DNA of 63,652 nt, filler included, from Squatina squatina (lineage: Eukaryota): NCBI GenBank assembly GCA_031763465.1. It is 4 parts of 4 records of this genome, joined end to end, with 100 filler letters (N's around TTAATTAATTAA, not from the genome) between each part and the next. Parts side by side here need not be neighbours in the genome. Positions count along the whole stretch, not along the records: positions 17,909 to 36,561 come from JARFOE010000080.1; positions 36,662 to 50,280 come from JARFOE010000073.1; 2 more parts are not named here. One strand, written 5' to 3'. Positions 25,213 to 39,122 of this stretch are shown one piece after another; position 1 is the stretch's first letter; each line of letters begins with the position of its first letter. A model generated the notes under the pieces. The model saw nothing but the letters and a program-made list of their open reading frames with translations. It ran no database searches and was not told the origin of the DNA. Made by a program: the position numbers and the translations under genes.

Positions 25213-26082
25213 GTAAGGGAATGTGCCTTGTCTGGCCACAGCTTCAGGAGCAGAGTCCAGTGAGTTTCTAAAGCAACCGCACACAAACAAATTACAATTG
25301 AAAATGCGCAGCAGTCCCGGCAGCATCTGGAAAGGGAAAAGAGAGTTGTTTGTTTCATGACACTGTTCGTATCTAAAACATTTGTCCAAATGCTGACGGA
25401 ACTGCTTTCCCTCATTTCCTTTTTATCAGATTATTGTAAGTGTACCTGGGTGGGGGGGGTCTCGAGTCCCTGCACAGTGATCCTGAATTGGACTCCTCTG
25501 TGTGTCAGTTGTTGAGGATATTCAAGTGCTGGGCGCTGGCCCGGGGTTTAGGGGAAGCTGCTGTGTTTGTGAATGTTTGAGGTTTGCTTAGTTGGCAACG
25601 ATCGGTGCTGATGTCTGGAGGATGATTACCGCACAGTCTCCTGGAATGGGGTGTCCCAATCCTTGCTGCAGGCAGAGTGTGCGGACTCCACATAGGCAGG
25701 TGTAGAACTCTCTCAGCAGCTTGCTTCAGAGACTCTACAATCTGCCCATGGATTTCCACACATCAAAAAATATCATCAGTCGAGTGGGCTGTTCAACTGC
25801 GGGGGGCAGTCACCCCGCACCCGGGTGCAGTCGAGCAGGAACTCGACCACTGCCTTCCTTTGTTACTCACTGTGGGAGTACCATCACCACACGGACTGCA
25901 GCACTCCAAGGATAACAGAAATTTACAGCACGGATGGAGACCATTTGGCCCATTGTGTCTGTGCCGTCCAAAGGAGCTCTCCNNNNNNNNNNNNNNNNNN
26001 NNNNNNNNNNNNNNNNNNNNNNNNNNNNNNNNNNNNNNNNNNNNNNNNNNNNNNNNNNNNNNNNNNNNNNNNNNNNNNNNNN

Positions 26083-26188
26083 TGGGCCTCCTCTTCCTCC
26101 CTCTGTGAGAATCTTGTCTTCTTCGCTGCCTCTGTTCCATCTCCTGATCATATTCGAGCGCGAGGGGGACTGCCAGTAGAGCTGCCAT
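26083..26188 (-). mobile_element. Harbinger transposase N-terminal remnant
   Basis: MAALLAVPLALEYDQEMEQRQRRRQDSHRGRKRRP parallels the N-terminus at 48208 (MGALDLALQHH...KRPYP), with TTTAAA just upstream. Confidence 0.55.
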
Positions 26189-29100
26189 GACTGGGAGCAA
26201 GCGGTGTGAGCAAAACCCTTTAAATGAGATGGCAAACAAAGAGCAAAAAAAGATGACTGAGCAGATGAATTAAGGCCTTCCCTCAAATATCATTTGAACT
26301 TTAACTTTGAAATCTAACCCTACTGAGATAAGACCCAATTTTAATGGTTGTTAGCCGTTTAATAAGAAGGCAGTGTGGACACTGGAAAAACTAGGAAAGT
26401 GGGATTTGGGTCAATTGGTCCACCATCCTGATCAAGTACCCAATTCTGCTCTTCAGTAATAACAAATTAGCACCAATGCCAAGGCTAGCAGTAACATAAT
26501 AATGTATATAATTAGCCAAGTATACATCCCCAAAGCTTACTCACTTCACATGTCATAGCTATTTATTTGTATTATTCTTTGAATACATTTGTGATGTTCG
26601 AAACTTCTTGGTGCAAAAATGCTGTGCTGTGGGACTTGTGTCTACCTTAAAAATGTTTAGAATGATTGTTCTCTGCACTGTATTCTCAGAACAACACAGT
26701 GACTATGGATGTCTCTCAAAAATGCAATCCCAATTTTTCTGGAAAACTGATTTCTAAACCCAGGAATGGGCCACAAACAAGACAGTTTTGTACTTCAAAT
26801 TCATCTCTGTTTGAGAGTTGGATAATGGCTGGCTACACAGAGAATTTTCAGCAAGGACCCAGAAAAAGGCAGCCATCGGAGAAAGGACACTTACCTCCCA
26901 TCTCTCAGTACTCAATTTGAACCCCAACATGGATGAAGGACTCCAAAAGATAGTCCATGGCTTTTAGCCAATATCTCTCACAAAGCAAATTTTAAATCCC
27001 ATTCACACCAGGCCAGATAAAAAGACAACATCAAACATAAGAATATTATTACATATATGGAAGTTGTATTAAGCACCATAGGCTCCTGATTATCCCAACT
27101 ACTCAAGAGACTGCAAATGAGTTCAAGTAATTGAGTTTGGCTATCCGGAAGTCAATAATTAAATACTGTAGTTAAATTGTTTTGATTGACATAAAAGTGA
27201 TTCACAAANNNNNNNNNNNNNNNNNNNNNNNNNNNNNNNNNNNNNNNNNNNNNNNNNNNNNNNNNNNNNNNNNNNNNNNNNNNNNNNNNNNNNNNNNNNN
27301 NNNNNNNNCTGCAGTATCAGGCCCCAACTACAAAATAGTCAGCAATACAAAATGGTGCCCATGACGTGCCCTTTAACTATTGGCAGCACTGCCTGCTACT
27401 GGCATGGTAGCGCCACGATTTCACAGCAATGTCAGTGACCCATTTTGCATTTTGCTGACCAATCGGGGTCACTAGCACATACTCATCACCATCACCGTGC
27501 ACCGCTGCTCCTCACGCCGCCTCCGTAATGCGGCCAAAACCTCTTAAAAGGTCACCAAAAAACACGACCAATTCCCCAAATGACGCAGGTAGCGCCGTCA
27601 GTGGGTGCAAAGGGCTTAGCGCCATGCTGGCGCCCATTTCACACAGATTTCATCAGACCAATTGGGACCCCTAAATATTGTTTTGTTCCAGTGTAGAAAT
27701 AATTGTTATACTGAATTAATAACTATCAGTTGGAATCCTTTTTGGGTGGAAATTATGTTTATTTAATGGGCTAATACCATGTTAAAATAGCAGACAGAAG
27801 AGTTTCATACAATGTATTAACATATCTATTACTAATGTAACATACAGTCTCTCCGTACACCATCTGTGTTAAACCTGTTGATTAAAAAAACCTTCACTGC
27901 ACAATACCAACATATTTCTAACAGTAGGAGCCCTATCATAGACTGCATCAATGTATTTTTTTTTATAATGGGAAGTTTAATTTATAATACATAAACCAGC
28001 AGGTGAATTTGTCGATATCATATTTTTATAATGCAAAACCAAATCCAAATTGATTATTTTCAGTCAGATATATTGAACAGTAAGTACCATAAAAGTCTGT
28101 TAAATACTAACAATGTTTGTGTTAAAATAAAATTGACTAAATTTAAATTTATTTTATAAAGCATATGCTCAGAGAAAAATCACAAAACTCTCACAGGGAA
28201 GCCCGAGAGACAATTGCTTAATTCTTCAGGAATCATAAAGTCTCCTAAGCTTATGATTTCCTCCTAATCACACATCCGTGCACAGTAAAGCTAAATTCCA
28301 CAGCTTATTTTGCATGCTTTTTAAATATAAAAGCACAGTGGTCTGTTTGTTTCTAGATATGTCTTATTGTTTAACAAGTTTGATTATTTCAAATTTATAA
28401 AACGTCTTTGAAGCAAATAGATAATAAACTAAGCATAGGATTTCATTGTTCAATATTTAAAGGATTACATCCTTCAGGTGTCAATGAAACTCTGGTTTCT
28501 GACATCATGTTTAATGTGATGCTGATAGTTCAAACATAGGGTTAAAGGTTAAGTCCTAGGGAGGCTCCCCTCATCCTGCATGTGTCAGCATCTCTGTTTA
28601 CTTGCTGTGTCCTGAGGCAGACAGTGACAGCATTTGCATTGACAGGCCTGGCATGGCATTCTCATTCTAATCAGGTGGGAACGGAAGCAATTTCATCTGG
28701 GAAGTGCAAGTACAGGATCAGCAATTGCAACATTTATTTAAATATTGTTTAACGATGTTTTTCTCATTATTTCATTAAAGCTCAAAAATATATTTAAAAT
28801 GTTTATATTTGTGCCAAACAGTTGAACATTGAGCAACCGCTTAGAAACTGGTGCACGTATGAAGGTATCAATAAAATATAAACTTTCCCTTTCTTTGTCA
28901 ACATCTTTTATTATAGAAATGTTGTCAATGGTAGATATTGCACAGTAAAGCTTTTTTATTCTGCTGAGCTTGTTCAAACATTAAAAATAAAAATGAATAT
29001 ACATTCTCTTCTACATCTTGAAAATAAAAGTCCGAATCAAGGTCAAGAGTCCATAAAAGGAGAAGCCTCACCTTGAAGTGAAAGGTTTCAGCTACCAACT

Positions 29101-32100
29101 CAAATGGTAAGGCTGTAGCCTCACTATCAGTGTGAATGGAACACATGCCTCTCACGTATCCTGAAACTAAGCTGAAAAATGCTGACACCACTGAAGCACT
29201 GAAAGTGCCTAGAAAGCAAAAGTAGGTGGATCAAGAGGGAATTGTGGGGTTAGTAAACTCCAACTAATCTTTACTTAATGCATAGATTTTTTGAACAAGT
29301 CAACTATTCTCCGACATTGAGACTATAATATTACTGATTTTACCCTGCCAAAATAAGCCATAATACAACGGCCTGTAATTTGTGGTCAGCAGCGAAGCAA
29401 AGGCGTTCATCGCTGGCCCCAAAATAAGCTTCCCATGAAGATCTCGTGATCTCTGTGACAAGAAGTTTAGCTTTTCCAACGTGCAGTTGAAATCAGTGTA
29501 GTTTAGTGGGAATCCCATTGCACAAGCTGCTGTGACATCAACAACTTGTCGAAGCAGCTAATCACAAATGCAGAATTCTGACGGAAAGAAAGTGAGAAAG
29601 CTTTGATTCTAACTTTTTAAAAATGCTATAGAAAGCAAAACAAAGATTGGGCTTTCGCATGGGGAAAAAGCAAACCTGAAATAAAGGTAAACAAATTTTA
29701 TGAAAAAACATTTTTTAAAGTTACTTAAAAATTTTGGGCGCCCAATTTGGGGGGGTTTTGGCGCTAAATCAGCACTAAATCAGCGTTAAGTGCTTAACGC
29801 TGATTTTTGGGGCTAACAATTCAGACAATTCGGGTCCCCAGTAAAATGGCACTTAATGGGNNNNNNNNNNNNNNNNNNNNNNNNNNNNNNNNNNNNNNNN
29901 NNNNNNNNNNNNNNNNNNNNNNNNNNNNNNNNNNNNNNNNNNNNNNNNNNNNNNNNNNNNCATTAATTATCTGATACCATCAGCAAAGTTCGACTCATGA
30001 ACCCTTAAGGTAGCTATTAATTACTATGGTACATAAAATGTTACATTCAGGATGTTGTACAATGATATTGGCTGTACGTGTTTCTACAGTAGTCTCCAGG
30101 TTTGTTTTATTATTCTGCTTCCAGCATTTACATTCATAGCCACAATGACGTTGCTGAATATTGAAGCGACTGCATAACGGCTTACCGTACAGTATTTCTC
30201 ATACAGAGACCAGTGAGAAATGGGCAAGAAATGTCTTGTACCTCTGCGAAATCTGCTGCAGCAAATATTGTTACCTTTTACGTCAGCTTGAACTGTATTT
30301 TAATGGACAAGTATATCATTTAATTCAAGCATTAGCACTGCTCTCCACACATTCCCTTTCCCAAACAATGGGAGAAGGCTAAAACAACAAATATACAACT
30401 TGCTATGGTTAGGACAGCTTATGTATTACACATGCATGCTCACACTGCTTTTAAGGAGAGGAAAAAATACCGATGTTATTCTTCTCCACTGTCACATAAT
30501 AGTTTTGCTTGTATAAAACAAATAGGACGTATTATTAAAATATTACAGTATTGTACAGTGCTTTGGGACATTGGCAGATTGTGGAAAGACAAAGCACAGT
30601 GCTAAAACTGTGATCTTGCTTCAGTCCAAATACACTCAACAATTCATTATAGTAAGTAAAATAATCTGGCTATTTTGTCTTATCAGTTTATGAGATACTT
30701 CAGGACACAAGAGGAGATGATCAGCCTTAAAGGGAGAGACAGCTCCCCAACATTACAGTGAAACGAGATGTTCCACCACACTGAATAATCAACTTTATGG
30801 CTATCATCAGTCCTGTCAGCACTGTGACTAATGATGGCCAACATCAGTGCTGCAAGGTAGAGTCTCATTTCAACATGAGATCTGTAAACCTGCTTTCCTT
30901 TAAGAGTGTTCAGTTGAATGCCCTTCTTGTGTTGAAAACCAGAGATCCTTTTCATTATAATTCAACTTCAGTATAAAGAATTTTCACTGCCATCCTTCAT
31001 AGATGACACCCATATTTGGGTACCAGCAGTGGGGTCCAGGCCAGTAAATCAGATTTTTAAGCTTGTATTACATGGATAGATACTAAAATTATCAAATCAT
31101 TAACAGAGAATTACCTTTTTGAAGTGCAGTTTATGAAAAGCCATTTTATGCTTGCTATTAGTTAGTGCAGAATTGCTAATAAATTACACTAATTTATGTT
31201 GTTATTTCAATATGTGAAACTTCACCGGATTCATATCAGATTTTTAATTCCAAGATTTCAATTCCTACGGTTATGTTCTAATCACATTAAACCATCGATA
31301 TACTACAAATTGCAGGTTGAACGACCAGCACCCTGTTATTAATNNNNNNNNNNNNNNNNNNNNNNNNNNNNNNNNNNNNNNNNNNNNNNNNNNNNNNNNN
31401 NNNNNNNNNNNNNNNNNNNNNNNNNNNNNNNNNNNNNNNNNNNACACATCAATGACCTACAGCACACTAACATTGCTGTCTGTAATGACAGCTGCTGTGG
31501 CACAAAAACGGAACAAAAACAGGATACTTCAACAGCACCCCCCATCCTACCCCCGCCCTAACACACATTTGTGAAAATAAACAATATATACTAAAAACAC
31601 AATAAAAAATATACGTGCAACAGATTTTACAGTTGCAATTAAATCTTGGGGTTCCAATGGTAATTATGAAGTACTGGAGCTTCGGTCTCCATGGTTTATG
31701 ATATCATCTGAACCCCACAATTAGATTACTGCTTTATAATCACTTCCAGGGATCCATTATTTTTGAAACAAAGTTTAGCTTTGGAACAGTTTGAAAAATG
31801 CCTGGAACCAGATTTGCTGAAATATGTGACCTTGACATCTGACCCAAATCTTTGACCAACCATGCCCAAACTTTAATGGGTTCAAGAGCTCTGTGTTGAG
31901 TGATTGGCCTGTAATTACAGGCTTTGACTCTAAAAGTTGTTTTGTAAATATGCAAGCATGCATTACTCAATATAAACCCTTGGAGTACTGAATAACCTTT
32001 GCGAGTTTAAAATATTCATGTTTTCTTTGCAACAAATTTCTTCCAATTTTAAACGCGGAATATTATGTAGAATTAAAGGAACAACAACACTTTTAATTAG

Positions 32101-35100
32101 CATTAAATGTTGAATGAACTGGCTTTTTTTAATTTTTGGTGTAGAAATTCAATTACAGTCGTCAGAAGTGTTGCATAAGGTTGTTCCCAGTTCTCTGTTG
32201 GCATGACTTTCAATAAGGATGTAGATTTAACTTTACTTTGATGTCTGACTGACAAAAAAACACTGTTCAGTTGATGGTGTTGTAAAACTATGCTGTTAGC
32301 ATACTGATTTGTATCCTACATATATTATGTAATATATATGCAGTAAAGTGAATAACTCTGGAAGACCAGTCCTATAATACCTTCAACCATGCACAATAAC
32401 TTTTATTTACCTACCTGAAAACACTTCATATCACCTACAACCTTTATGTATGGTAGAATGGCCATTATACACCCTGAGGATAATTGTTGCCATTCAAATA
32501 ATTATGCAAGCAATGATATTTTAAACATTTTGAATTTCTTTACCGTATTGTGTACACATTACATAAAATAACAAATGTTAATANNNNNNNNNNNNNNNNN
32601 NNNNNNNNNNNNNNNNNNNNNNNNNNNNNNNNNNNNNNNNNNNNNNNNNNNNNNNNNNNNNNNNNNNNNNNNNNNNNNNNNNNCACTAGTCATAAAAGGC
32701 TTAAGAAAACATTTTCCTTCCAGTTTTTCATTGTACTAAGAAAATACTATTTATGAGGAAGCTAACTTAACAGCTGAAGGCATCCTGGAAACACTTAAAC
32801 AGCAATATTTTATGGTATAATTTGTATATGAGGTCTATGCTTGAAAGGGTTAATCCGCCCCGGGGCTTGGTTGATGTTTCAAATATTATCTCTCCTCCCC
32901 CTCCCACCCTCTATTCTGTCACTTTGTCTTTCTCGTCAAAATTGCTCTAACTTTGACATCCTTGTCCTCCACATACTAACTCTTCTCACCAGGCTCCACA
33001 TCGACCCGCACTGGAATTAACCGCGAGTAAAACAAGAAGTCATGGAATATTCACAAAAACACACACACATACATATATGTATCAATCAAACATTTCCCAT
33101 TATTTCTACTGCATCGCAGCGATAATTAACCTCGCAATCTAACTAGTTATAGTAAAAAGTTTGAAGTACATCTGTATTTGGCAGAACCAATAATTTAGCT
33201 TATAAAGTTTCAATAAATATTTGACAAAGTCTTCAAATACGATTAAAATAAGGTAGTAAAACAACATGAAACATAAGCGTGTTATCAAACGTACATTGAC
33301 CAATCTTTTTACTGTACTTTTTCCTGATAACTTGTGAGGTCAAGTCGACTAGTTTGCAAATAGTACAGCAGTAACCGATTGGTGATGTGTGCAGTTAAGG
33401 AAACATTAGGCTTTTTTTTTACACACGTCGCATGTTTTTTGTGGAAACAACACATACCAGCATGACAGCAAAATAGCCAACGATGTGGTCTTATGAAACT
33501 GGCAGACTCTATAAACTGCCTTAACAGTGTTGTGAAATAGACGGTTAATTTAAGCAGCAGAATCCAGAAGCATATCTTCAAGGTCTGTAATAAAGTCTGT
33601 ATAAAGTCAATTTATCTCCCCTCTGGATGCAATAGTGCAGTTTGAACAAAGAACTCCCTACCTTTGTGGAGCTGTGCGGGAATCTTTGGAGACTCGGCTG
33701 ATCCCACTCGGGTCACCGGATTAATATTCTTCTTTAAGGTATTTTGTGTGAGTGTAATTGTACTGTATCACTTCAGGCCTAGCTCGGTTACACTGCCCCA
33801 TCTAATAATTACTTTAGGACGGTAAAAGTCCAAGATTGAAGGTGCAGTATTTTAATTATCGGGCCGTCAGAACCAGTGAGCATTCCTGGCCATTAAACGA
33901 AAAGTCCAAACAATCGTGTAACTTCAGCAGTACACTTCAATAATAGTTAAAACGGAATAAGTTGATCTACTAAGGCAGTATCTAGCTGCCTCTAGGCACT
34001 AACTTAACGATCAAATCTATGCACAGTCATGCCTTAATTCTAACATGTCCGACCCTTCAACAACACGAGCTATGCACTTGTAATACAATTTCACTTTAAA
34101 TGTGGCAAATTAAATACAGACCTTTAAAAATATGCTATGTAATAGGCATTATACACTTCTGGTGCTGGCTTCTTGTAATCAATCAGAAACTAATTGTTAA
34201 GTAAAAGAACGGCTACGTCAAGTAAGAACTCGGTGCAATTCAAAAATTAATAAGTATACTACATAGTATATTAATCTTAAACAAAAAAAAACTGCCACTT
34301 TAAGAGAATTATTTTGAAATCTCGCTGGGTTATATTGAGCTTTATCACAACACTCGGATTCAGGCCCGAAGTGAAAATGTTTCCCCACCAGATGGAGTGA
34401 CCTGTTCAATTACTACCCAGTCTGGGCAAGCACACGCCTCGGTTTCACCAGTCAATCTGCAACACTCTGCATGGGGAACCGTCTAAAGAGCAGCCCGCAT
34501 CGCACAGCAAGAAATAAGCACAGAGAACGCCTCTATCTGAATTCATCNNNNNNNNNNNNNNNNNNNNNNNNNNNNNNNNNNNNNNNNNNNNNNNNNNNNN
34601 NNNNNNNNNNNNNNNNNNNNNNNNNNNNNNNNNNNNNNNNNNNNNNNNNNNNNNNNNNNNNNNNNNNNNNNNNNNNNNNNNNNNNNNNNNNNNNNNNNNN
34701 NNNNNNNNNNNNNNNNNNNNNNNNNNNNNNNNNNNNNNNNNNNNNNNNNNNNNNNNNNNNNNNNNNNNNNNNNNNNNNNNNNNNNNNNNNNNNNNNNNNN
34801 NNNNNNNNNNNNNNNNNNNNNNNNNNNNNNNNNNNNNNNNNNNNNNNNNNNNNNNNNNNNNNNNNNNNNNNNNNNNNNNNNNNNNNNNNNNNNNNNNNNN
34901 NNNNNNNNNNNNNNNNNNNNNNNNNNNNNNNNNNNNNNNNNNNNNNNNNNNNNNNNNNNNNNNNNNNNNNNNNNNNNNNNNNNNNNNNNNNNNNNNNNNN
35001 NNNNNNNNNNNNNNNNNNNNNNNNNNNNNNNNNNNNNNNNNNNNNNNNNNNNNNNNNNNNNNNNNNNNNNNNNNNNNNNNNNNNNNNNNNNNNNNNNNNN

Positions 35101-36561
35101 NNNNNNNNNNNNNNNNNNNNNNNNNNNNNNNNNNNNNNNNNNNNNNNNNNNNNNNNNNNNNNNNNNNNNNNNNNNNNNNNNNNNNNNNNNNNNNNNNNNN
35201 NNNNNNNNNNNNNNNNNNNNNNNNNNNNNNNNNNNNNNNNNNNNNNNNNNNNNNNNNNNNNNNNNNNNNNNNNNNNNNNNNNNNNNNNNNNNNNNNNNNN
35301 NNNNNNNNNNNNNNNNNNNNNNNNNNNNNNNNNNNNNNNNNNNNNNNNNNNNNNNNNNNNNNNNNNNNNNNNNNNNNNNNNNNNNNNNNNNNNNNNNNNN
35401 NNNNNNNNNNNNNNNNNNNNNNNNNNNNNNNNNNNNNNNNNNNNNNNNNNNNNNNNNNNNNNNNNNNNNNNNNNNNNNNNNNNNNNNCAATGCAATACTC
35501 TTTTAAATACATGAACATAAGAAACATGAAATCCATCTGATCTCGATGTAGTAAGAAGATCCCTCACAGCATTAGGTATGCACACTGTGTATTGTATATC
35601 TTGATAATAATTAAGATCAATTATGGGAACACTCAGTGGTCAATCTCGCTTACTCAAGCTTTAAAAACTATTGTTTCACAATGCATTCTGCCACTGACGT
35701 GTAACATGCTGTCAAACTGTTGCGTAGATTGAGTTACTGCACAGCTTGTTAACACAATATTAACTAGAAACTCTTTTGCTTATACCACCCCCAAACCCAA
35801 ACACGAAAACGCATAAAGTGTAAAGATCTACAGCAATATTTGTTTTTGGCACCACTTCTGCTGTATTTATGAAGCCACACAGCCTACACCCAGACGTCAG
35901 TGTCACATATTTGTTCTCATGTCCGTCCAAGTTAAACAAAAAAAGGAAGTATAGACTTGGCAACCCGTTTATACAAGATAAGCCATGTGCATTAAAAATA
36001 ACGTAAGCATTTTTTTTAATGAAAACGATGCAAACATTACGCAGATTAGTTGCCCACGCCATGATTTGGAAAACTTGCATAATTCATGTAACCTGAATCG
36101 AACAAGTTCAGTACAAAATACACCTGTTGCAGCAGTTCGTGAGCTTTGATTAATTAACATTTAAGTTGGCAGCACAACTTCAACATAAACTAAGGGCTCG
36201 TGAGGCAACTTCAGAACGTTTTTCTAACTTGCTGTTTATTTTAAAGATTAATCACGCCAAACACCACTCAAAGACTGATGGGGAAACTATTTTGGAAGAC
36301 CGCCTGGTTCTAAACAATCGCCGATTATTTTGAAATTTACTTCGCCACCTCGAGCTCTTTCCAGCCATCCATTCCCCTCTCCTCTGTGACTATTATACAT
36401 AAAAGCGAATAGATTTCAACGGACAATAGCGACAGCAATGGCTATCTCACAGAACTTTCACAATCATAACATCTCGCAGAATGAAACAGAGAAGGAAGCA
36501 AGTAAACGGATATATATAGTTTTAGTAATAAGTTTAAAAGGTAAGATTGAAATACGTACAC

Positions 36562-36661
36562 NNNNNNNNNNNNNNNNNNNNNNNNNNNNNNNNNNNNNNN
36601 NNNNNTTAATTAATTAANNNNNNNNNNNNNNNNNNNNNNNNNNNNNNNNNNNNNNNNNNNN
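36562..36661. other. Artificial scaffold linker N44-TTAATTAATTAA-N44
   Basis: Core at 36606-36617, with 44 N on each side. Confidence 0.97.
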
Positions 36662-36741
36662 CATCTGGATCTAAGACCAGTGGAAAGACCACAAGGAAAC
36701 GCAGGAGAAGAGTGAGGAGACGGAAAGGCAAGAAGAAGGCG
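36662..36741 (+). CDS. PHRF1: PHRF1 exon (5' truncated), basic/NLS-like segment
   Basis: SGSKTSGKTTRKRRRRVRRRKGKKKA, then a GTGAGA donor and an 85-bp intron in phase with the next exon. Confidence 0.8.
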
Positions 36742-36826
36742 GTGAGAGCAACATTGCTGCTGTTCTGTAGTGTAGTTTGGAGATTGCAGTCGAATATCAA
36801 GGTAACATTTTTGTGCTTTGAAATAG

Positions 36827-37014
36827 ATTAAGCTGAGTGTCACAGCACGCTCACGCATTGCAAAGAGCCTTGGCCTGGGCAAACCCGTAAATGGAATTTC
36901 AGTTCCCTCTGTGTACAAGCCACTGGAACCGTCCCTGAGGAATATGCGAACAGACATTGGAGCAGCTTCATTATCTGTGTATGGTGACCCAAATGACCTG
37001 GATCCATTTGAGAG
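36827..37014 (+). CDS. PHRF1: PHRF1 exon
   Basis: AG/GT bounded. TARSRIAKSLGLGKP..PSVYKPLEPSLRNMRTDIGAASLSVYGDPNDLDPFE matches PHRF1 RSRIARTLGL..RADIGAASLSLFGDPYELDPF. Confidence 0.92.
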
Positions 37015-37761
37015 GTTAGTTTTCCATTGGTGTGAATCTCCTAACATGCTTTCCAAGAGACTTGAGCACTAAATCTCAGCTGAGACCTCGGGGAAAGTTC
37101 CCAAGAGCACAGCCGGCACAGATAAAGGCTCTGCCTTGGGAAGTGGAGCAGGGAAGGTGGGCATTACTCGGGAGGCCAGAGTCCGAGAACTGAAGAGCTT
37201 GGTCTTGGGAAGGTGAACAGACAGGATGGAGAAGTTGAGATAGGGTGGGGATGAGACCACGGAGGAATATGTACATGAGGATATTGTAACTGGGGCAGCT
37301 GATAGAGGGTAGGGAGCCAGAGAGGACCCGAGTGGGAGCTGTGGAATTTTGTGCGCAGTGTAGTTTATGCCGGGTGGAACTCGGAAGGAGGTGACTTATT
37401 GCGCATCCCTNNNNNNNNNNNNNNNNNNNNNNNNNNNNNNNNNNNNNNNNNNNNNNNNNNNNNNNNNNNNNNNNNNNNNNNNNNNNNNNNNNNNNNNNNN
37501 NNNNNNNNNNCCCCCCCCCCCCCCGTCATTATTGTTGCACACTTGGCTGTTTGTGTAGGCGGACAGAGATGCTGCAATCCTGTGCTCTTCTACAAGGTGT
37601 GCGATGCCACATGAGTCCCCTAAGGGTCTGAAAGCTGTAATCAGAACAATTTCTTCGTTCTTCTGGGCAGTCAGTCTTACAGCGGAACGGCCTGATACGC
37701 CATAGTCCGTGTGGCAGGGAATGTTTAAACAGAGATTACATCTTTTTTTTCTATGTGACAG

Positions 37762-37919
37762 AAATGGAAGACTTCCAACTGTTGCTCAGGAGGCAGAACC
37801 AAAAGCCACGTCTGTACCAGATGTGTTGGGAAGTATCCTAGCAGGGCAGAATGTCTTATTGATGGACAGTTCCAATGTTGTGATCAATAGGGATGGAACA
37901 CTAAAGCCTAAAGATCGAG
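37762..37919 (+). CDS. PHRF1: PHRF1 exon
   Basis: AG/GT bounded. VPDVLGSILAGQNVLLMDSSNVVINRDGTL matches PHRF1 VPDLLGSILSGQSLLMLGSSDVIIHRDGSL. Confidence 0.92.
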
Positions 37920-39122
37920 GTATTCTCTAAAATAGAGCACAAAGTCATTTATCTTAAAGTCTTCAGCTAACTTCTGTTTCTAATGGAAGAATGCTGGTCA
38001 ACTTATTTGTTTTTGCTTCCATGATCTTTCTCGTTCCCTGCTAGTTATCTGGTTTATTGCTTTCCATTGCCCCAATGTGGGTGATCTCCAGGCATCACCC
38101 GTCAGCTTTCACCTCTTTCTAGCTATTGAAAATACATGTTTNNNNNNNNNNNNNNNNNNNNNNNNNNNNNNNNNNNNNNNNNNNNNNNNNNNNNNNNNNN
38201 NNNNNNNNNNNNNNNNNNNNNNNNNNNNNNNNNNNNNNNNNNNNNNNNNNNNNNNNNNNNNNNNNNNNNNNNNNNNNNNNNNNNNNNNNNNNNNNNNNNN
38301 NNNNNNNNNNNNNNNNNNNNNNNNNNNNNNNNNNNNNNNNNNNNNNNNNNNNNNNNNNNNNNNNNNNNNNNNNNNNNNNNNNNNNNNNNNNNNNNNNNNN
38401 NNNNNNNNNNNNNNNNNNNNNNNNNNNNNNNNNNNNNNNNNNNNNNNNNNNNNNNNNNNNNNNNNNNNNNNNNNNNNNNNNNNNNNNNNNNNNNNNNNNN
38501 NNNNNNNNNNNNNNNNNNNNNNNNNNNNNNNNNNNNNNNNNNNNNNNNNNNNNNNNNNNNNNNNNNNNNNNNNNNNNNNNNNNNNNNNNNNNNNNNNNNN
38601 NNNNNNNNNNNNNNNNNNNNNNNNNNNNNNNNNNNNNNNNNNNNNNNNNNNNNNNNNNNNNNNNNNNNNNNNNNNNNNNNNNNNNNNNNNNNNNNNNNNN
38701 NNNNNNNNNNNNNNNNNNNNNNNNNNNNNNNNNNNNNNNNNNNNNNNNNNNNNNNNNNNNNNNNNNNNNNNNNNNNNNNNNNNNNNNNNNNNNNNNNNNN
38801 NNNNNNNNNNNNNNNNNNNNNNNNNNNNNNNNNNNNNNNNNNNNNNNNNNNNNNNNNNNNNNNNNNNNNNNNNNNNNNNNNNNNNNNNNNNNNNNNNNNN
38901 NNNNNNNNNNNNNNNNNNNNNNNNNNNNNNNNNNNNNNNNNNNNNNNNNNNNNNNNNNNNNNNNNNNNNNNNNNNNNNNNNNNNNNNNNNNNNNNNNNNN
39001 NNNNNNNNNNNNNNNNNNNNNNNNNNNNNNNNNNNNNNNNNNNNNNNNNNNNNNNNNNNNNNNNNNNNNNNNNNNNNNNNNNNNNNNNNNNNNNNNNNNN
39101 NNNNNNNNNNNNNNNNNNNNNN

